Assembly: GCA_951406725.2 (NCBI GenBank)
Contig: OX597821.1
Location: 36,580,001 to 36,644,000, forward strand
Length of the DNA stretch: 64,000 nucleotides
Direction: 5' to 3'
Source: Octopus vulgaris
Taxonomy: Eukaryota
The notes below the pieces were generated by a model. It had not been told where the DNA came from, did not search any database, and saw only the letters and a program-made list of their open reading frames with translations. A program made the translations under genes and the position numbers. The first letter of the stretch is position 1. Every line of letters starts with the position of its first letter. Below, piece by piece: positions 1 to 13,265 of this stretch.

Positions 1-365
1 TTCGGTTTTCTTCCGGAGTTTTATTTCGACGATGTTTTTACCTCTTTCTCAAAGGCTGTCATTATTTTTGAGACAGCACTTCTTGATACACGAAACATTT
101 CAGCTGTTTTCGTCACTCTAGCGCCTGCCATACGAGCACCAACAATTTGACCTCTTTGAAAGTCCGATAGATCTATCATTTTATTGAATTCGAATTACCC
201 TTTTCTGATGATATCTGAAAAGAAAAACCAATTTAGCAAAACATATTCAGTAACACTGATAATGAATCAAAAAGCATAAAAATAAACAAGCGTTTGACGG
301 TTTTATAAATATTTTAAAATTATGATGCTATGATGCTAGGTGTTTCCATTATTTTGTCCAACCCC

Positions 366-367
<2 letters not shown>
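1..367 (-). mobile_element. Tc1-family DNA transposon, 5' end with dead transposase N-terminus (runs off window)
   Basis: Minus strand 179->3 reads MIDLSDFQRGQIVGARMAGARVTKTAEMFRVSRSAVSKIMTAFEKEVKTSSK*NSGRKP (Tc1 paired-like HTH plus GRPR-like motif; stop at 21-23). TIR-like end GGTGTTTCCATTATTTTGTCCAACCCCT at ~339-366 abuts a (TA)n tract. Confidence 0.85.
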
Positions 368-446
<79 letters not shown>

Positions 447-700
447 GAAAGAAAGGGGCACTCAACACATTTAGTAAGGGTTACATATACAATATTTTAA
501 AATAGTTTGATTCGTATCCAAGCAATTCCCACAGCTAAAGTTGTTACTGAATGACACGAAGAACATTCTAGTGAAGTTTGCTTGATTTCTGTAAGAAGCC
601 TACTAAAATGCAAAGCCTAACGAAGTTGCAAAGGGGCGAAACAAACTATTTTAAATAATACGTAACTCTTACTAAATGTGTTGGTTGCCGCTTTTCTTTC
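447..700. repeat. Small foldback/MITE-like element with ~65-bp imperfect inverted arms
   Basis: 447-514 (...CAACACATTTAGTAAGGGTTAC...TTTAAAATAGTTTGATTCG) is the reverse complement of 637-700 (CGAAACAAACTATTTTAAA...GTAACTCTTACTAAATGTGTTG...). No clear TSD. Confidence 0.65.
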
Positions 701-810
701 TTCTGAGATCGGTGATTGTGGTAGTGGTGATGATGAGTATAATGATGGCGGTGATGGCGGTGAGTATAATGATGAGTATAATGATGGCGGTGATGGTGAT
801 GATGATGATG

Positions 811-841
<31 letters not shown>

Positions 842-1386
842 ACGTCGTCGTCATCATCAGCATCATCATCACCACACCACCACAACCACCACAACGATCA
901 TCACTAATACTACCACCATCAACATCGTCATCTTCACCGTCGCCACCACCAGCACCACCACCATGATCTGATCGGGATCATGGTGGTCATGATAATATTG
1001 TTGATAATTGCTTGTATGTATTTATTCTTTCTGTTGTGTATTTATTTTGTTTTCTTTACCACCCAAAAGATATTATCCGATAGCCTATCATTTGATATTC
1101 TGATACCACAAAAAGTGATAGGAGATACTCGAAAAGTAACATGAACATCTAGGAATGAAAACATTAACAATGACAAATATGAACCAAAAAAAAAAAAACT
1201 AAGCAGCAATAAAATGACGAGAACAGCCACGGCAAAAAAAAAATAATATCAATAACGAAAATAATAACAACAATAAAAACAACATCAGCCACAGTAAGTT
1301 AACTATTAATGTAAGAAAACGTAAGATTAGAAAAGTATATAGCCATGAACCTATCGGAATTAAAAGTTTCACGTGTGAGCGATTAG

Positions 1387-1485
<99 letters not shown>

Positions 1486-1531
1486 CACATACATATATAT
1501 GTATGTATGCATATACATATATATACATATC

Positions 1532-1575
<44 letters not shown>

Positions 1576-1642
1576 CATATATATGTATGTATGCATATAC
1601 ATATATATACATATCTATATACATATAGATATATGAGTATAC

Positions 1643-1704
<62 letters not shown>

Positions 1705-2049
1705 TTATACAGACACACGAACATATATACATATGTGTGTCTCTGTGTCTCTATATCATGATGCCTGTGTGTATAAAATGTAGATTCCAGTTCTAATCCA
1801 TATGATTTATTGCGTGAGACAGGAGAACAGAAGTGCATTTTTTGTCAAGCTGTAAAAATGACAAGAATATACCTGCCAAATGAAAACCAAATTGATTTTT
1901 ATTGGCTTTTTGACGCGTAATTTATAGGTAAAATTAACTTTTTGCATTCTAAAGAAGGCCGAGGACACATATATATATGTGTGTATTGTGTGTGTATGAA
2001 TATATATATATATATACGTGTGTATGTATATATGTATAAGTGTATATAT

Positions 2050-2300
2050 ATACGCGGAGTAGATGAAACATAGGCGGCTGAAGAAGGGAAATTTTCCTTG
2101 TTTTGTATGTCTTGTACTCTATTCTTTCGTTGTTTAAGATAAATGTCCATTTCTTTGGTTTTGTGTTTATGTTTTCGTTTCTCATTGTGTCCGACGTTTT
2201 TTTGGTGTTCTGTACCCATATATGCATGTATATATACATGTAGAGGTAGGTACGTACATATATGTATGTATATATGCATGTTTTATTTTATTTATTAATT
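2050..2300 (+). repeat. Dispersed T-rich repeat, homologous to 47165-47480; possible Penelope-like pLTR fragment
   Basis: Shares GCTGA(A/T)GAA(A)GGGA..TTTTCCTTG..TGTCTTGTACTCT..GTTTTCGTTTCTC..ATATATGCATGTATATATACATGTAGA..GTAGGTACGTACATATATG with the second copy; both are next to (TA)n. Confidence 0.6.
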
Positions 2301-2323
2301 TATTATATATATATATATTTATA

Positions 2324-2475
2324 TATATTATATTAAATTAGAGACAAAACCACTATTAGGCAAATCAAACAATGAAAAACTTAAGCCAATACATATGATT
2401 AATTTATATTATTTAAACCTCGCCAAGAAAAATATTTAAACCACCTGATGAATGACTGCTTCGTGTGTGTGTGTG

Positions 2476-2556
<81 letters not shown>

Positions 2557-2862
2557 CTAATCGCTCACACGTGAAACTTTTAATTCCGATAGGTTCATGA
2601 CTTTGAAGACAGCAGACATGAAACGATCGTAGTGTGATATTAATTATATTTTTTAATAATTTTGTTACATATTTAAATAATATAAATTAATCATATTTAT
2701 TGGCTTAAGTTTTTCATTGTTTAATTTGCCTAATAGTGGTTTTGTCTCTAATTTAATATAATATAATATTTTACTATAAAATTGGATTCAATCCTAAATC
2801 TGATTTTTCCCTGTAAGTTTGGATTTATTCCCTAATATTTATTATTATATTTATATATATAG
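2324..2862 (+). mobile_element. Penelope-like pseudo-LTR module with inverted 5' partial copy and hammerhead
   Basis: 2324-2417 is a 94-bp inverted copy (2 mismatches) of 2672-2765. A hammerhead core lies between them, and (TA)n-like tracts flank both sides. Confidence 0.6.
2441..2634 (+). ncRNA. Type I hammerhead ribozyme-like motif interrupted in loop II by a 140-bp insertion
   Basis: CAC-CTGATGA(2445-2451)-ATGaCTGCT...AGCAGaCAT(2611-2619)-GAA-ACGATCGT(palindrome)-A-GTG. Confidence 0.65.
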
Positions 2863-3581
2863 AGAGAGAGGGAAACATATGATAAACGTCGCCCTTTTCA
2901 AGCCTAGTCAGGCTCATGGGCCCAGTTTCTGTGGCGTATGTGTTCCCCAAAGCTGGACGGGACCACCATTTACTGATCCCCATCATTAACCAAGTCCCGA
3001 CGCATGCCAGTCCACAACGCTTACCAATCCGCAACGCTTGTTTTGCGCGTGTATACGTGTGCACGGGCCTGCGTGTGTGCGTGCACACTGGTATGCATGC
3101 ATACATGCATACAAATATATATATTACATATGCATGAATACGCACGTGTGTCTATTTATGTACGTGCGCACATGTGTGCGTTTGGCTGTGTATGTGTATG
3201 CGTATACGCGCGTGCGTATTCGTCCAAGCGTGTGTATGTATATGTGTGTGTGCGCACGCGCAGGTGAGCGCGCCCATGTACAGATGTGCGCACTCACATC
3301 AATATACTCATGCACAAAAAAATATATGAGCGTGTCTACACACACATAAAACATTATATACTTGCATATGCCGCCCCCTTCTATTTCCACCTCCAACAAC
3401 CTGACCGACTTCTCATCGCCATATGCTCTATTTCCAGTCCTCCACGTGGTCAAATGTCTGTTTGCCATGCGGTATTTTCCAACTAACTATTACCCATAGA
3501 CCAATACCAAACCATGACACCGCGTGACCTTTCTCGACCAATCGCAGCTCGCCATGCGATAATAACAATCACCTCTGTCAC

Positions 3582-3644
3582 TCAAATTCAAAATGGCTGA
3601 CGACTAGCATTATGCATGAAACTCAAGAGTACCAACGAATTTGA
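3582..3644 (+). ncRNA. Type I hammerhead ribozyme-like motif
   Basis: TCAAATTC-aaaa-TGG-CTGACGA(3597-3603)-imperfect helix II ctaGCATtATGCat-GAA-ACTCaaGAGT-A-CCA-ac-GAATTTGA. Cleavage triplet GUA; helix I has an internal loop; (TA)n starts at 3663. Confidence 0.7.
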
Positions 3645-3660
3645 ATCAAACTGTTTTGAT

Positions 3661-3787
<127 letters not shown>

Positions 3788-3827
3788 GAGGTAGTTAGGT
3801 ATGTAGATTGATAGCTAGATAGCTAGC

Positions 3828-3881
<54 letters not shown>

Positions 3882-4009
3882 TAGTGGGTGTACGTTTATA
3901 TATATATGTGTGTGCGTGTGTGTGTGTGCATATGTACTCATACACATTTACATATTGTACATAGCAGTTTATATGTATATATACTTATATATATATATAA
4001 TTATTTACA

Positions 4010-4043
<34 letters not shown>

Positions 4044-4081
4044 CACTTACCCGTACATACATACTCTTATACTTACCTACC

Positions 4082-4145
<64 letters not shown>

Positions 4146-4514
4146 ATTGCGCATGTACGTATTATCCACAAACACGAACACATACAAACAGGCATACACA
4201 CACAAATAGAAACACTCCAAAACATGTGTATTGCGTATTGCTGTGCAATGTAACATTTTATATATTTCCCATAGTTTTCGATAATATCCTTGAGAGGGAA
4301 TAGTTAGTCAACACCCCATGAGATAAATCTTGTCATGTGTCAGATTTTACTAGGAACATAAGACCATCATTACGGATAAAGGCAGAATTACACGGAATCT
4401 GGTCTTAGCAACTGTACGCTTGTGTCAAAACTGTTTATCTAATGTTGACAACTTAAAAGTTAAATATTGCCAGCATATGCCTCTGTGTGTGTTTGCGTGT
4501 CTTATATATATCTA

Positions 4515-4588
<74 letters not shown>

Positions 4589-4597
4589 GCTAGCTAG

Positions 4598-4660
<63 letters not shown>

Positions 4661-4678
4661 TATGTATATATATATATG

Positions 4679-4712
<34 letters not shown>

Positions 4713-4832
4713 TATATACATATACATGTATATTTGTGTGTGTGTATATATATACATATATATATACTTATGTACATATATTTATATGTATATATACTTA
4801 CTCTACACTGACACAATACATGTATTCATATA

Positions 4833-4898
<66 letters not shown>

Positions 4899-5409
4899 TA
4901 TATATATATATATAGGTGTGTGTGTGTGTGTATGATAACGACGGCGATATATCTGTAGTATGCGTATCAGCATGGTGTTTTGTGTGCGTGTATCAAGATA
5001 TGTATATATGTTGAAGTATGAGTGTGCTTGTGTGTTTATGTGTGCGTCTGTATGCGTGTCTCTGTTCGGAGATGTGCATTTAGGGTAAATACGCAAATGC
5101 GCATGTCACTGTATTGCTGCATGCATCAGTCTGTATACACAAAAAAAATCACATATGTAGACAGACACAAACACACACATGAACATGCAAACACAAACGC
5201 ACACACATACCCACACATACACACACGCAATTACCGCATGCGCACACATTCATATACCCGTTTGAATTTGTAAACTATATGACTGAATGCATATTGAGCG
5301 TATTCGTTTAGAAGCTGCTGAAAACTTTTCCCTTTTTGCTTCTCTTAGTCTGTGCTTCTCCAATTTGTTTTTCACAGTAACAACGAAATGATGCTCCAGC
5401 CTTGCTTGA

Positions 5410-6098
5410 ACACACACACACACACACGCACACACACACACATACACACACACACAAGCACATACACATACGCACACACATCCATACACATTCACACACA
5501 CACGTTCACACACACACACGTGCACACACATGCACATACACATACGCACACACACACATCACACGCACACACGCACACACACACACACACGCACACACAC
5601 ACAAGCACATACACACACACACATCCATACACATACGCACACACATCCATACACATTCACACACACGTTCACACGCACACACGTACACACACAAGCACAT
5701 ACACACACACACACACATTCACACACACACACACACACACGCACACGTGCACAGAAGCACATACACACACACACATCCATACACATACGCACACACATCC
5801 ATACACATTCACACACACACGTACACACACAAGCACATACACATACGCACACACATCCATACACATTCACACACACGTTCACACACACACACGTACACAC
5901 ACACGAGCACATACACACACATCCATACACATTCACACACACGTTCACTCACACACACACGTACACACACGTACACACACACATCCATACACATTCACAC
6001 ACACACACACACGTACACACACAAGCACATACACATACACACACATCCATACACATTCACACACACGTTCACACACAAACACGTACACACACACACAT
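5410..6098. repeat. Compound (CA)n-derived minisatellite with higher-order units
   Basis: Recurrent blocks CACATCCATACACATTCACACACACGT and CAAGCACATACACATACG embedded in (CA)n. Confidence 0.85.
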
Positions 6099-6379
6099 GC
6101 ATAAATATATGTGAATATGCACGAGCCACATACACATAGATAAATAACTAGCTAACTAGCTAGAGAGACAGAGGAAGAGAGAAAAAGAGGGGGAGGAAGG
6201 GAGTGTTATTGATGATTATTTGATTGAATGATTAATTGGTTACCCATATGTGATCTAGTGTCCACCGTAATATCTCAACAATAAAGAGTACGGCTGTTTA
6301 GATTTTTGTCTTACCTGACCAGTCTGTAAGAAGCCTATAAAAACTAAGTATTATGCGTAAGTATATGTATATAAAGTAA

Positions 6380-6500
6380 ATAAATGCGCCCTTTTAAAGC
6401 CTAGCCAGGCTCATGGGCCCGGTTTCCCGGTTTCTATGGCGTATGTGTTCTCCAGCCAGTCCATCGCAGCGTTACTCATTTTTGCCAGCTGAGTGGACTG
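6380..6500 (-). mobile_element. SINE family D, 3' fragment (tail 1)
   Basis: Reverse complement of CAGTCCACTCAGCTGGCAAAAATGAGTAAC...GAAACCGGGAAACCGGGCCCATGAGCCTGGCTAGGCTTTAAAAGGGCGCATTT, as in 15653-15900. A similar tail fragment lies at ~2888-2960. Confidence 0.8.
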
Positions 6501-7148
6501 TGCCAAAATTTGATAGCATTGTTCTAGCTTCACGTCATAACACTAAGTCTACTAAATCCGCTGCATAGAGATGTTGCGAACGATTTGTCTAGCTGTGCGT
6601 GTGTGAGTGATTGAGTGAGTGGGTGAATGATCGAGTACATCTGCGTTGTTCTTGTTTAACAAGTGCTATGAATTAAGTGTGTTCAAACTGAATTAATTAC
6701 TTCGGGAAAGAGTTATTCTGAGCTATTTCAAATCATTCATTTTCTTTTATTTCGTAGTCTAAATACTTATTCTGAATTTTCAAAAAGTTTGCTCACTGAC
6801 ACAATTCTACTGCAGTAGAATTATGCTTGTGATATATTTCTTCATTCTTAATTAATTCGTCAAATCTAGACGGTATGAATGATAACGATTTTCTAGAACT
6901 AATCGTATTGATCAGATGCTGATTAGATACTCGGACTGATCGTCCTATACTTAGATGATATAATCAAAAAGAAAGCATTTTATAGAATAAGAAATGCGTG
7001 AATCTATTGCAAGCACTCGTAACATAAAACTACAATAAATAAAACGAATACGAGCCAGTGATGGAGCTTCTACGCGGTCGTTCAATTTGCTAGAATCCAT
7101 GATAATAATATCCAATAAATCACATCCTAACACCTTAAATATGATACC

Positions 7149-7478
7149 TTTTTACTTTTTACTTTCTTCAATCATTAGACAGCAGCCATTTTGGGGCACT
7201 GCGTTGAAAGATTTAGTCGAACGAATCGACCACAGGACTTTTTTTTAAAGTCTGGTACTTATTCTATCGATCTCTTTGGAGGGCCACTAGTGTAGCAGCA
7301 ACTAAAACAAACAGCACCGGTTGTGAAGTAGTGGCGGGGGACAAACTCAAAAATACGCATATACATATGTACACACACACATACATACGCACACACACAT
7401 GGCGGGCTTCCGCACATTTTCTGTATACCAAATTCGTTCCATAAGCAAGCTTCTTAACTACACAGTCCCGCCAGCACC
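7149..7478 (-). mobile_element. SINE family A, decayed copy
   Basis: Degenerate match to the family A tail and body (TTTAGTCGAACGAATCGACC..GGTACTTATTCTATCG..GGGGACAAAC). Confidence 0.65.
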
Positions 7479-8679
7479 TTGGATATCGTAATACACGATT
7501 GGGGGGAAATGTATAGACGATACTCTTGGGTTTGAGCTCTCTTGATCATAAATCTACCAAAAGTTTGTGTCAAAATTTGAAATGAATGTTTGGCTAGTTA
7601 ATTCTGAATGGTGAATAAGTACTTTTCTATTTGCAACCACAAAAACTATTTTAATGTACAGTAGGCTTCACACGACGTTCGATTCACCAATATTGGAGGC
7701 TGAAGGCATCCAAGGATGTCTTCTTTAAAATTTTGCAGCTAAAGAATTCGGAACAGACTTACGGTTCTGTTTTCATCCACCTTTATCTTGTAGACATTGA
7801 TCTGTAGATGTTCAGGCATAGCAAAAGCTGCATCAGTCTCATTACTCTTAAAGCACTTTCAAAGTATACATGACTAATATGAGCGAAGTGACCCTGTTAA
7901 GAATGAATACACTCGTCATTATTTTGATTTTCACTGTTGTATGTATTGGTCTCGTTTATATTCAGAGACTAGCCTTCTGATCAGGGAGAATGTTGGCCAG
8001 CTTGCCTAGCCAACAGGATGACATCATTTGAGAGCTAAAACGGTGCAAAGCACATTGTGACCAGTGACATAACAACACCCAAGAGTCTGGTTAATACTGT
8101 ATTTATGCATACATACACAGACACACACACATATATATCATGATACGTGAGTGGGGAGTAGCTTTGACTGGAGAGACACAATCAGATCGAAACAGAGGTT
8201 TCTCAAAGTGTCCCTGCGTCACAGAATCGAGTATTTTGTCAACACACATGGCCTCAAGAAAGAAGTTATACTCTGTTATAGCTTCTGTCCTTTGTATCAG
8301 AGTAAACTAATGCAGCAGTACGAGAGTTCGGTTTGCACAAACTGAGTTTTCCTCAGGACTGAGTAAGTAGTTGTTATATGTGATCGTTTTAGGAATTTAA
8401 CTTTGATTCGTATCCATCGTTTAAAATAATCTTGCAACTCAAAATATAATAAATTATAGCTAACCGATGCCCCCCAGCATGGTCGCAGTCACGTGACTGA
8501 AACTAGTAAGATAAAGGAAAAAAAATATTAATTGCTCACTTTCTGTTGTCATGCTTCAAATTAGATATGACACAATGTGCCGCCTCCAGAAGATATACAT
8601 CCAACAACCAATATGTAAACACATGTATGTATGTTTGTGTATATATGTACATATGTATAAATATATACATCTACGTAAA

Positions 8680-8764
<85 letters not shown>

Positions 8765-8769
8765 GTATA

Positions 8770-8823
<54 letters not shown>

Positions 8824-8959
8824 ATATATATATATCTCACTTGTATATGTAGCATACATATATAAACATACAGACAGAGATATAAGCACAAACACACACA
8901 CAGAAGCACGTATAACTAAGTAAACACAAACACTCTCACACACAAACACACATACACAC

Positions 8960-9025
<66 letters not shown>

Positions 9026-9668
9026 ATACATACATGCATACATACATACATAGACATATGCAAAGATATATACATATAACATATATATATATGAATATAC
9101 ATTCACGTATAAACACACACACACACACACACATACGTGCACATACACAAACATGAATGAATGTATATTGAATTATAGTAGGCGCCGATTACAGCTTATC
9201 CGACTGCCCTATCATAATAATTTCAAACTGGAAACAAATAAATCTCCGTTAATCAGTCAAGTTGATATCGAGAATTATTTTGATATGTTGATATGTACAT
9301 AATACTGACACTGCAATAATCGGATGACATGGCGCCAACTTGTTACCCATTTTAGAGACAACACGATCATTTCGGAAGACGGTTGAGCTTCTGGAGTCAT
9401 AGGTACTTGTACTTTTGTTTGCACGTATGTTTAACTTTATACATTTGTACATGTGTATGTATGAATATATATATATATATATATATATAGGTATGTATGT
9501 ATATATATATGTATATATACACATGTATATACATATACATATATATATAAATATACATATATATATGCATATATATATGTATGTATATATATATACATAT
9601 ATATATATTCTAGGAGGTGTGGACTGTGCTCAGAGGAATCTCTATACATACATACATACATACATACA

Positions 9669-9716
<48 letters not shown>

Positions 9717-10067
9717 CCGGCATACGAAGAAGGAAAGATAAATAGATAGAGAAGGAAAGGAAGAAAGAAAGAGAAAGAGAAATTTGATTATAATAACCGT
9801 TATCACATGTAAACGCATAGCCACGCATACCTACTTACACACATGATGCTCACGTTTTACATTTTATGTAATAAATGCACTTCATTATTTTACCTCTTTC
9901 TTTCGTATTTCTTCATATCAAACCCTTATTTTCACGCTATATAAGTCACCTGTCATAGCCTGTTACACATGCTAAAACAATACCTGGCAAAAGAAAGAAG
10001 AGAGTACCCCTCCGAAGGGTCGACGGTTAACTTGGAGGAATAACGTTTAAGATTTAAAAACCTGAGT

Positions 10068-10335
10068 ATCCTCCCGAAGAACCTGAGAGACCTGCATGGG
10101 GTGGATGCAGATGTCTTTAAAATAAAACTGGATCTCTTCTTGTCAGGTGTCCCAGATGAACCAACTTCACGGCAGGAGGTGCAGATGAGGGCAGCTGCAT
10201 CGAACTCTCTCATGCACCAAATGGCAATTGCAAAAAAGCATTCGTGAAGTAAAATCATGTAGCAACACCAAGTGTCGGTGCCCCAGCATGACCACAGCTC
10301 GTGAGCTGAAACTAGATAAAGATAAAGATAAAGAT
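10068..10335 (+). mobile_element. CR1/L2-group LINE 3' end (ORF2 C-terminus plus 3' UTR)
   Basis: 10068-10247 translates ILPKNLRDLHGVDADVFKIKLDLFLSGVPDEPTSRQEVQMRAAASNSLMHQMAIAKKHS*, matching the FKxxLDxFLxxVPDEP..RAAxSNSL end typical of invertebrate CR1-like elements. Ends in (GATAAA)n. Confidence 0.75.
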
Positions 10336-10706
10336 GTCTGGCGCGCTGTAAGACACAAGACTTCTTCAAAACATATAATAAGGGTATGTTTAACCCTGAG
10401 GTACATGATTTCTTATCCAGGGTGTGGTCGTGACCGTTTGGGAGTTCTCCAACTCCAATATTCTTCAGCTTTCAACTTTCATTAAGAGCAAATATTTTGT
10501 CTTGACTGGCATCAGGTTCATGCCAATTCAATGATGTATTAGCATCGCTAACTTTCTTTTAGACAGTAATTATTTACTTTGAGTACCTAACGCTTACACA
10601 CCCCAATACCCACGCATTCACTCACACATACATTATATGACAAGCTATATATATGTATATATATATATATTATTCGTATCGTTATATATACATATATCTA
10701 TACCTT

Positions 10707-10843
<137 letters not shown>

Positions 10844-10847
10844 TGCC

Positions 10848-12230
10848 AGAAGTACTTAAGCATTGATAAGATACTGTGAATAGAGTGACCCAAGAATATA
10901 GAAAAATATAGCAGCTGGAACTCTCCTCTTACTACAAGAGAATATCCCACAAAACATTTGCCATACCAGTGATGATTCCACCATTTGGTCCTTAGAGGAA
11001 ACCTGTAGAAGAAATCAACTCTATGGACGTTAAAACTCGCAAGATCCTGACATGAAATGGAGGTCTCGACAGAAATAGTGACGTCGACAGGCTCTACCTA
11101 TGAAGAGATGAAAGAAGGTGAGGCATGAGGTCAGTGCAGACAGTTCTCGAATATCGCATAGTCTATCTCAGGCAGCACTTGCTAAACAGCAGCAAAAATA
11201 AATACATTAGCTTAGCGCTGAAAAGTAAAGAGATTTATATCCTACATGTCGGTAGCGAACTCTCTGGAAACATTCTCTTCCAGATGATCTCCCATACAAC
11301 CCCAGAACTACCGGACTAATATACCTCAGAGATGACCTGGAGGTGAAGCACTCACCATACCAATAAGAGACAATGCACGGGAATGTTCCCTGAAGATTTG
11401 ACGATGACAGTAATAGCGACATTAAGCGCAGCCTCTTTTGGACCTGTTACTCTCCATCACACTTTGAAAGCTATGCATTTGCATAGAGATTGTTACGGAA
11501 TACCTAACAAACACAAGAGATAGTGAAGCCCTTCGATCTTCAAAATGCAACCGAAAATATAGGTCGTCATATTTCTGTGGAAGACCTCAAACATGTGATT
11601 ACCAGCTGCTCAAAATGTCATCATGTTATTACCTCCCTATACGACACGACGTTAACACAAAACCAATATACGATGCCCTACGGAAAAATGTTTGTCCTGA
11701 AATAAATATAGTGTATCCCAGTTATTGAAAACGTACACAGATATCAGTACAAGGAATACTGGTGGAACATTCCCATCAAAACATCTGTTAACAGTAAACA
11801 TAACAGACCAGATATTGTTGTTTGGGCTAAACGAGGAAACCATCATACAGGTTAGCTATCTTACTGGTGCTTGAAAGTCAAAGAGAAAGAAGATAACTAT
11901 GGACAATTACTTCGAAACCTCCAGCTTCTATATCCAGATTAAAATTTCACATTTATACCAAAACTAATTGGTGCACATTGTTTAGTGACTAAATGCCTAA
12001 GTGACAATCTGAATAAGCTAGGGTTTTCAGAAAAAGAAATCAGCCAACTCACCCGCACGTTACGAATACAATCTGTAAGTAGAACGGTAAAAAATATGCA
12101 AGACTTTCCTCACGTTTAAAAGGTGTCATTGTTTAGTTCTTCGGTATTCCAACGATGAAGCTTTGTATCGATTTTAGAAACCAGCTCCTTCTCTAGAGAA
12201 AGAATTCAAATAATTCAAAACAGAAGAGAT
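10848..12230 (+). mobile_element. R4/Dong-like RLE-type non-LTR retrotransposon, 5'-truncated and decayed
   Basis: Broken frames give MDVKTRKILT*NGGLDRNSDVDRLYL (ending 11100), the zinc-knuckle region EDLKHVITSC..YYLPIRHD, EYWWNIPIKT..HNRPDIVVW (11799-11825, restriction-like endonuclease) and KEKEDNYGQLLRNLQLLYP. Many stops and frameshifts. Confidence 0.8.
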
Positions 12231-12265
12231 CATGCATGCATGCATACACACATACATACATACTT

Positions 12266-12313
<48 letters not shown>

Positions 12314-12361
12314 TTACATGCATGTGTATATATATATATATATATATACATACTTACATGC

Positions 12362-12407
<46 letters not shown>

Positions 12408-12409
<2 letters not shown>

Positions 12410-12934
12410 TTATCAAGCTTCTGTGTTTCTAGTACATACTTTGCCTTTTAATGTACTTATATATGAATAATATATGGCTTGTGCTAGAAATACCAGCGAT
12501 AATAATTAATTTTATTTTATCGCACTTCGACTTTGTTTACATATTTCTCGATAAATTTTGAGCGTTAGACAATATACCAGAAATCCCTAGTTTGTCGGGT
12601 ACGTTCTGCGTCTGCGCAGTGATCTGATCAGTTAGAGAGAGCAAATTATTAGACGCACATGTTTCTAGTGAGGTGCGATTTCACAATAACAGGGCTCTTA
12701 CCGATGAATTCTCCCTGAGTAATTAAATTATTTTTATTACTGAAAAGAACGAAACTGCAGTCTAAGAGGAACCGAGTTAGTAAACGTTTTTATTTTCATT
12801 TCACTAAATTTATCAAGCTTCTGTGTTTCTAGTACATACTTTGCCTTTTAATGTACTTATATATGAATAATATATGGCTTGTGCTAGAAATACCAGCGAT
12901 AATAATTAATTTTATTTTATCGCACTTCGACTTT
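12408..12934 (+). mobile_element. Hammerhead-containing 400-bp unit with exact 127-bp terminal direct repeats (retrozyme-like or non-autonomous Penelope-like)
   Basis: 12408-12534 equals 12808-12934 (period 400 bp). Hammerhead at 12695-12768; (TA)n on both flanks; no meaningful ORF. Confidence 0.75.
12695..12768 (+). ncRNA. Type I hammerhead ribozyme-like motif (U4C variant)
   Basis: CTCTTA-CCGATGA-aTTCT..AGTAAT..ATTACT..AGAAc-GAA-ACTGCAGT(palindrome)-C-TAAGAG. Perfect 6-bp helix I; GUC triplet at 12760-12762. Confidence 0.75.
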
Positions 12935-12959
12935 ATATACATATATATATATATACACA

Positions 12960-13179
12960 CGATCAGACACCATAATAGATCGTTAGCCACTGCACAAATG
13001 TTTTTCTCTCCTTGTTTCTCTCCTTGTTTCTCTCCTTGTTTTCTGTGTCCCTTTCTATAGAAGAGCGTAGGCTCGAAATGTAAAAGACTTTTTCTATTCC
13101 TGAGCGTTATACTACTATATCTGTTTGTTATGTACACCACCTGTCTTCGTCTTTTGTTGTTGTTTTTTTCGTAAACTCT

Positions 13180-13184
<5 letters not shown>
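12960..13184 (+). mobile_element. (TA)n-inserted short repeat with variant hammerhead-like core, copy 1
   Basis: Homologous to 26654-26833(-). Contains CTATAGAA-GAGC-GTAG-GCTC-GAAATGTA (13055-13082). Confidence 0.65.

Positions 13185-13265
<81 letters not shown>

Noticed and set aside
2076-2102. CTGAAGA plus hairpin (also CTGATGA at ~47216) as hammerhead or SECIS
   Set aside because: No GAAA follows the hairpin, and a SECIS fold could not be supported by eye.
12408-12934. LTR retrotransposon/TRIM or plain TSD
   Set aside because: The repeats lack TG..CA ends, PBS and PPT, and 127 bp is far too long for a TSD.
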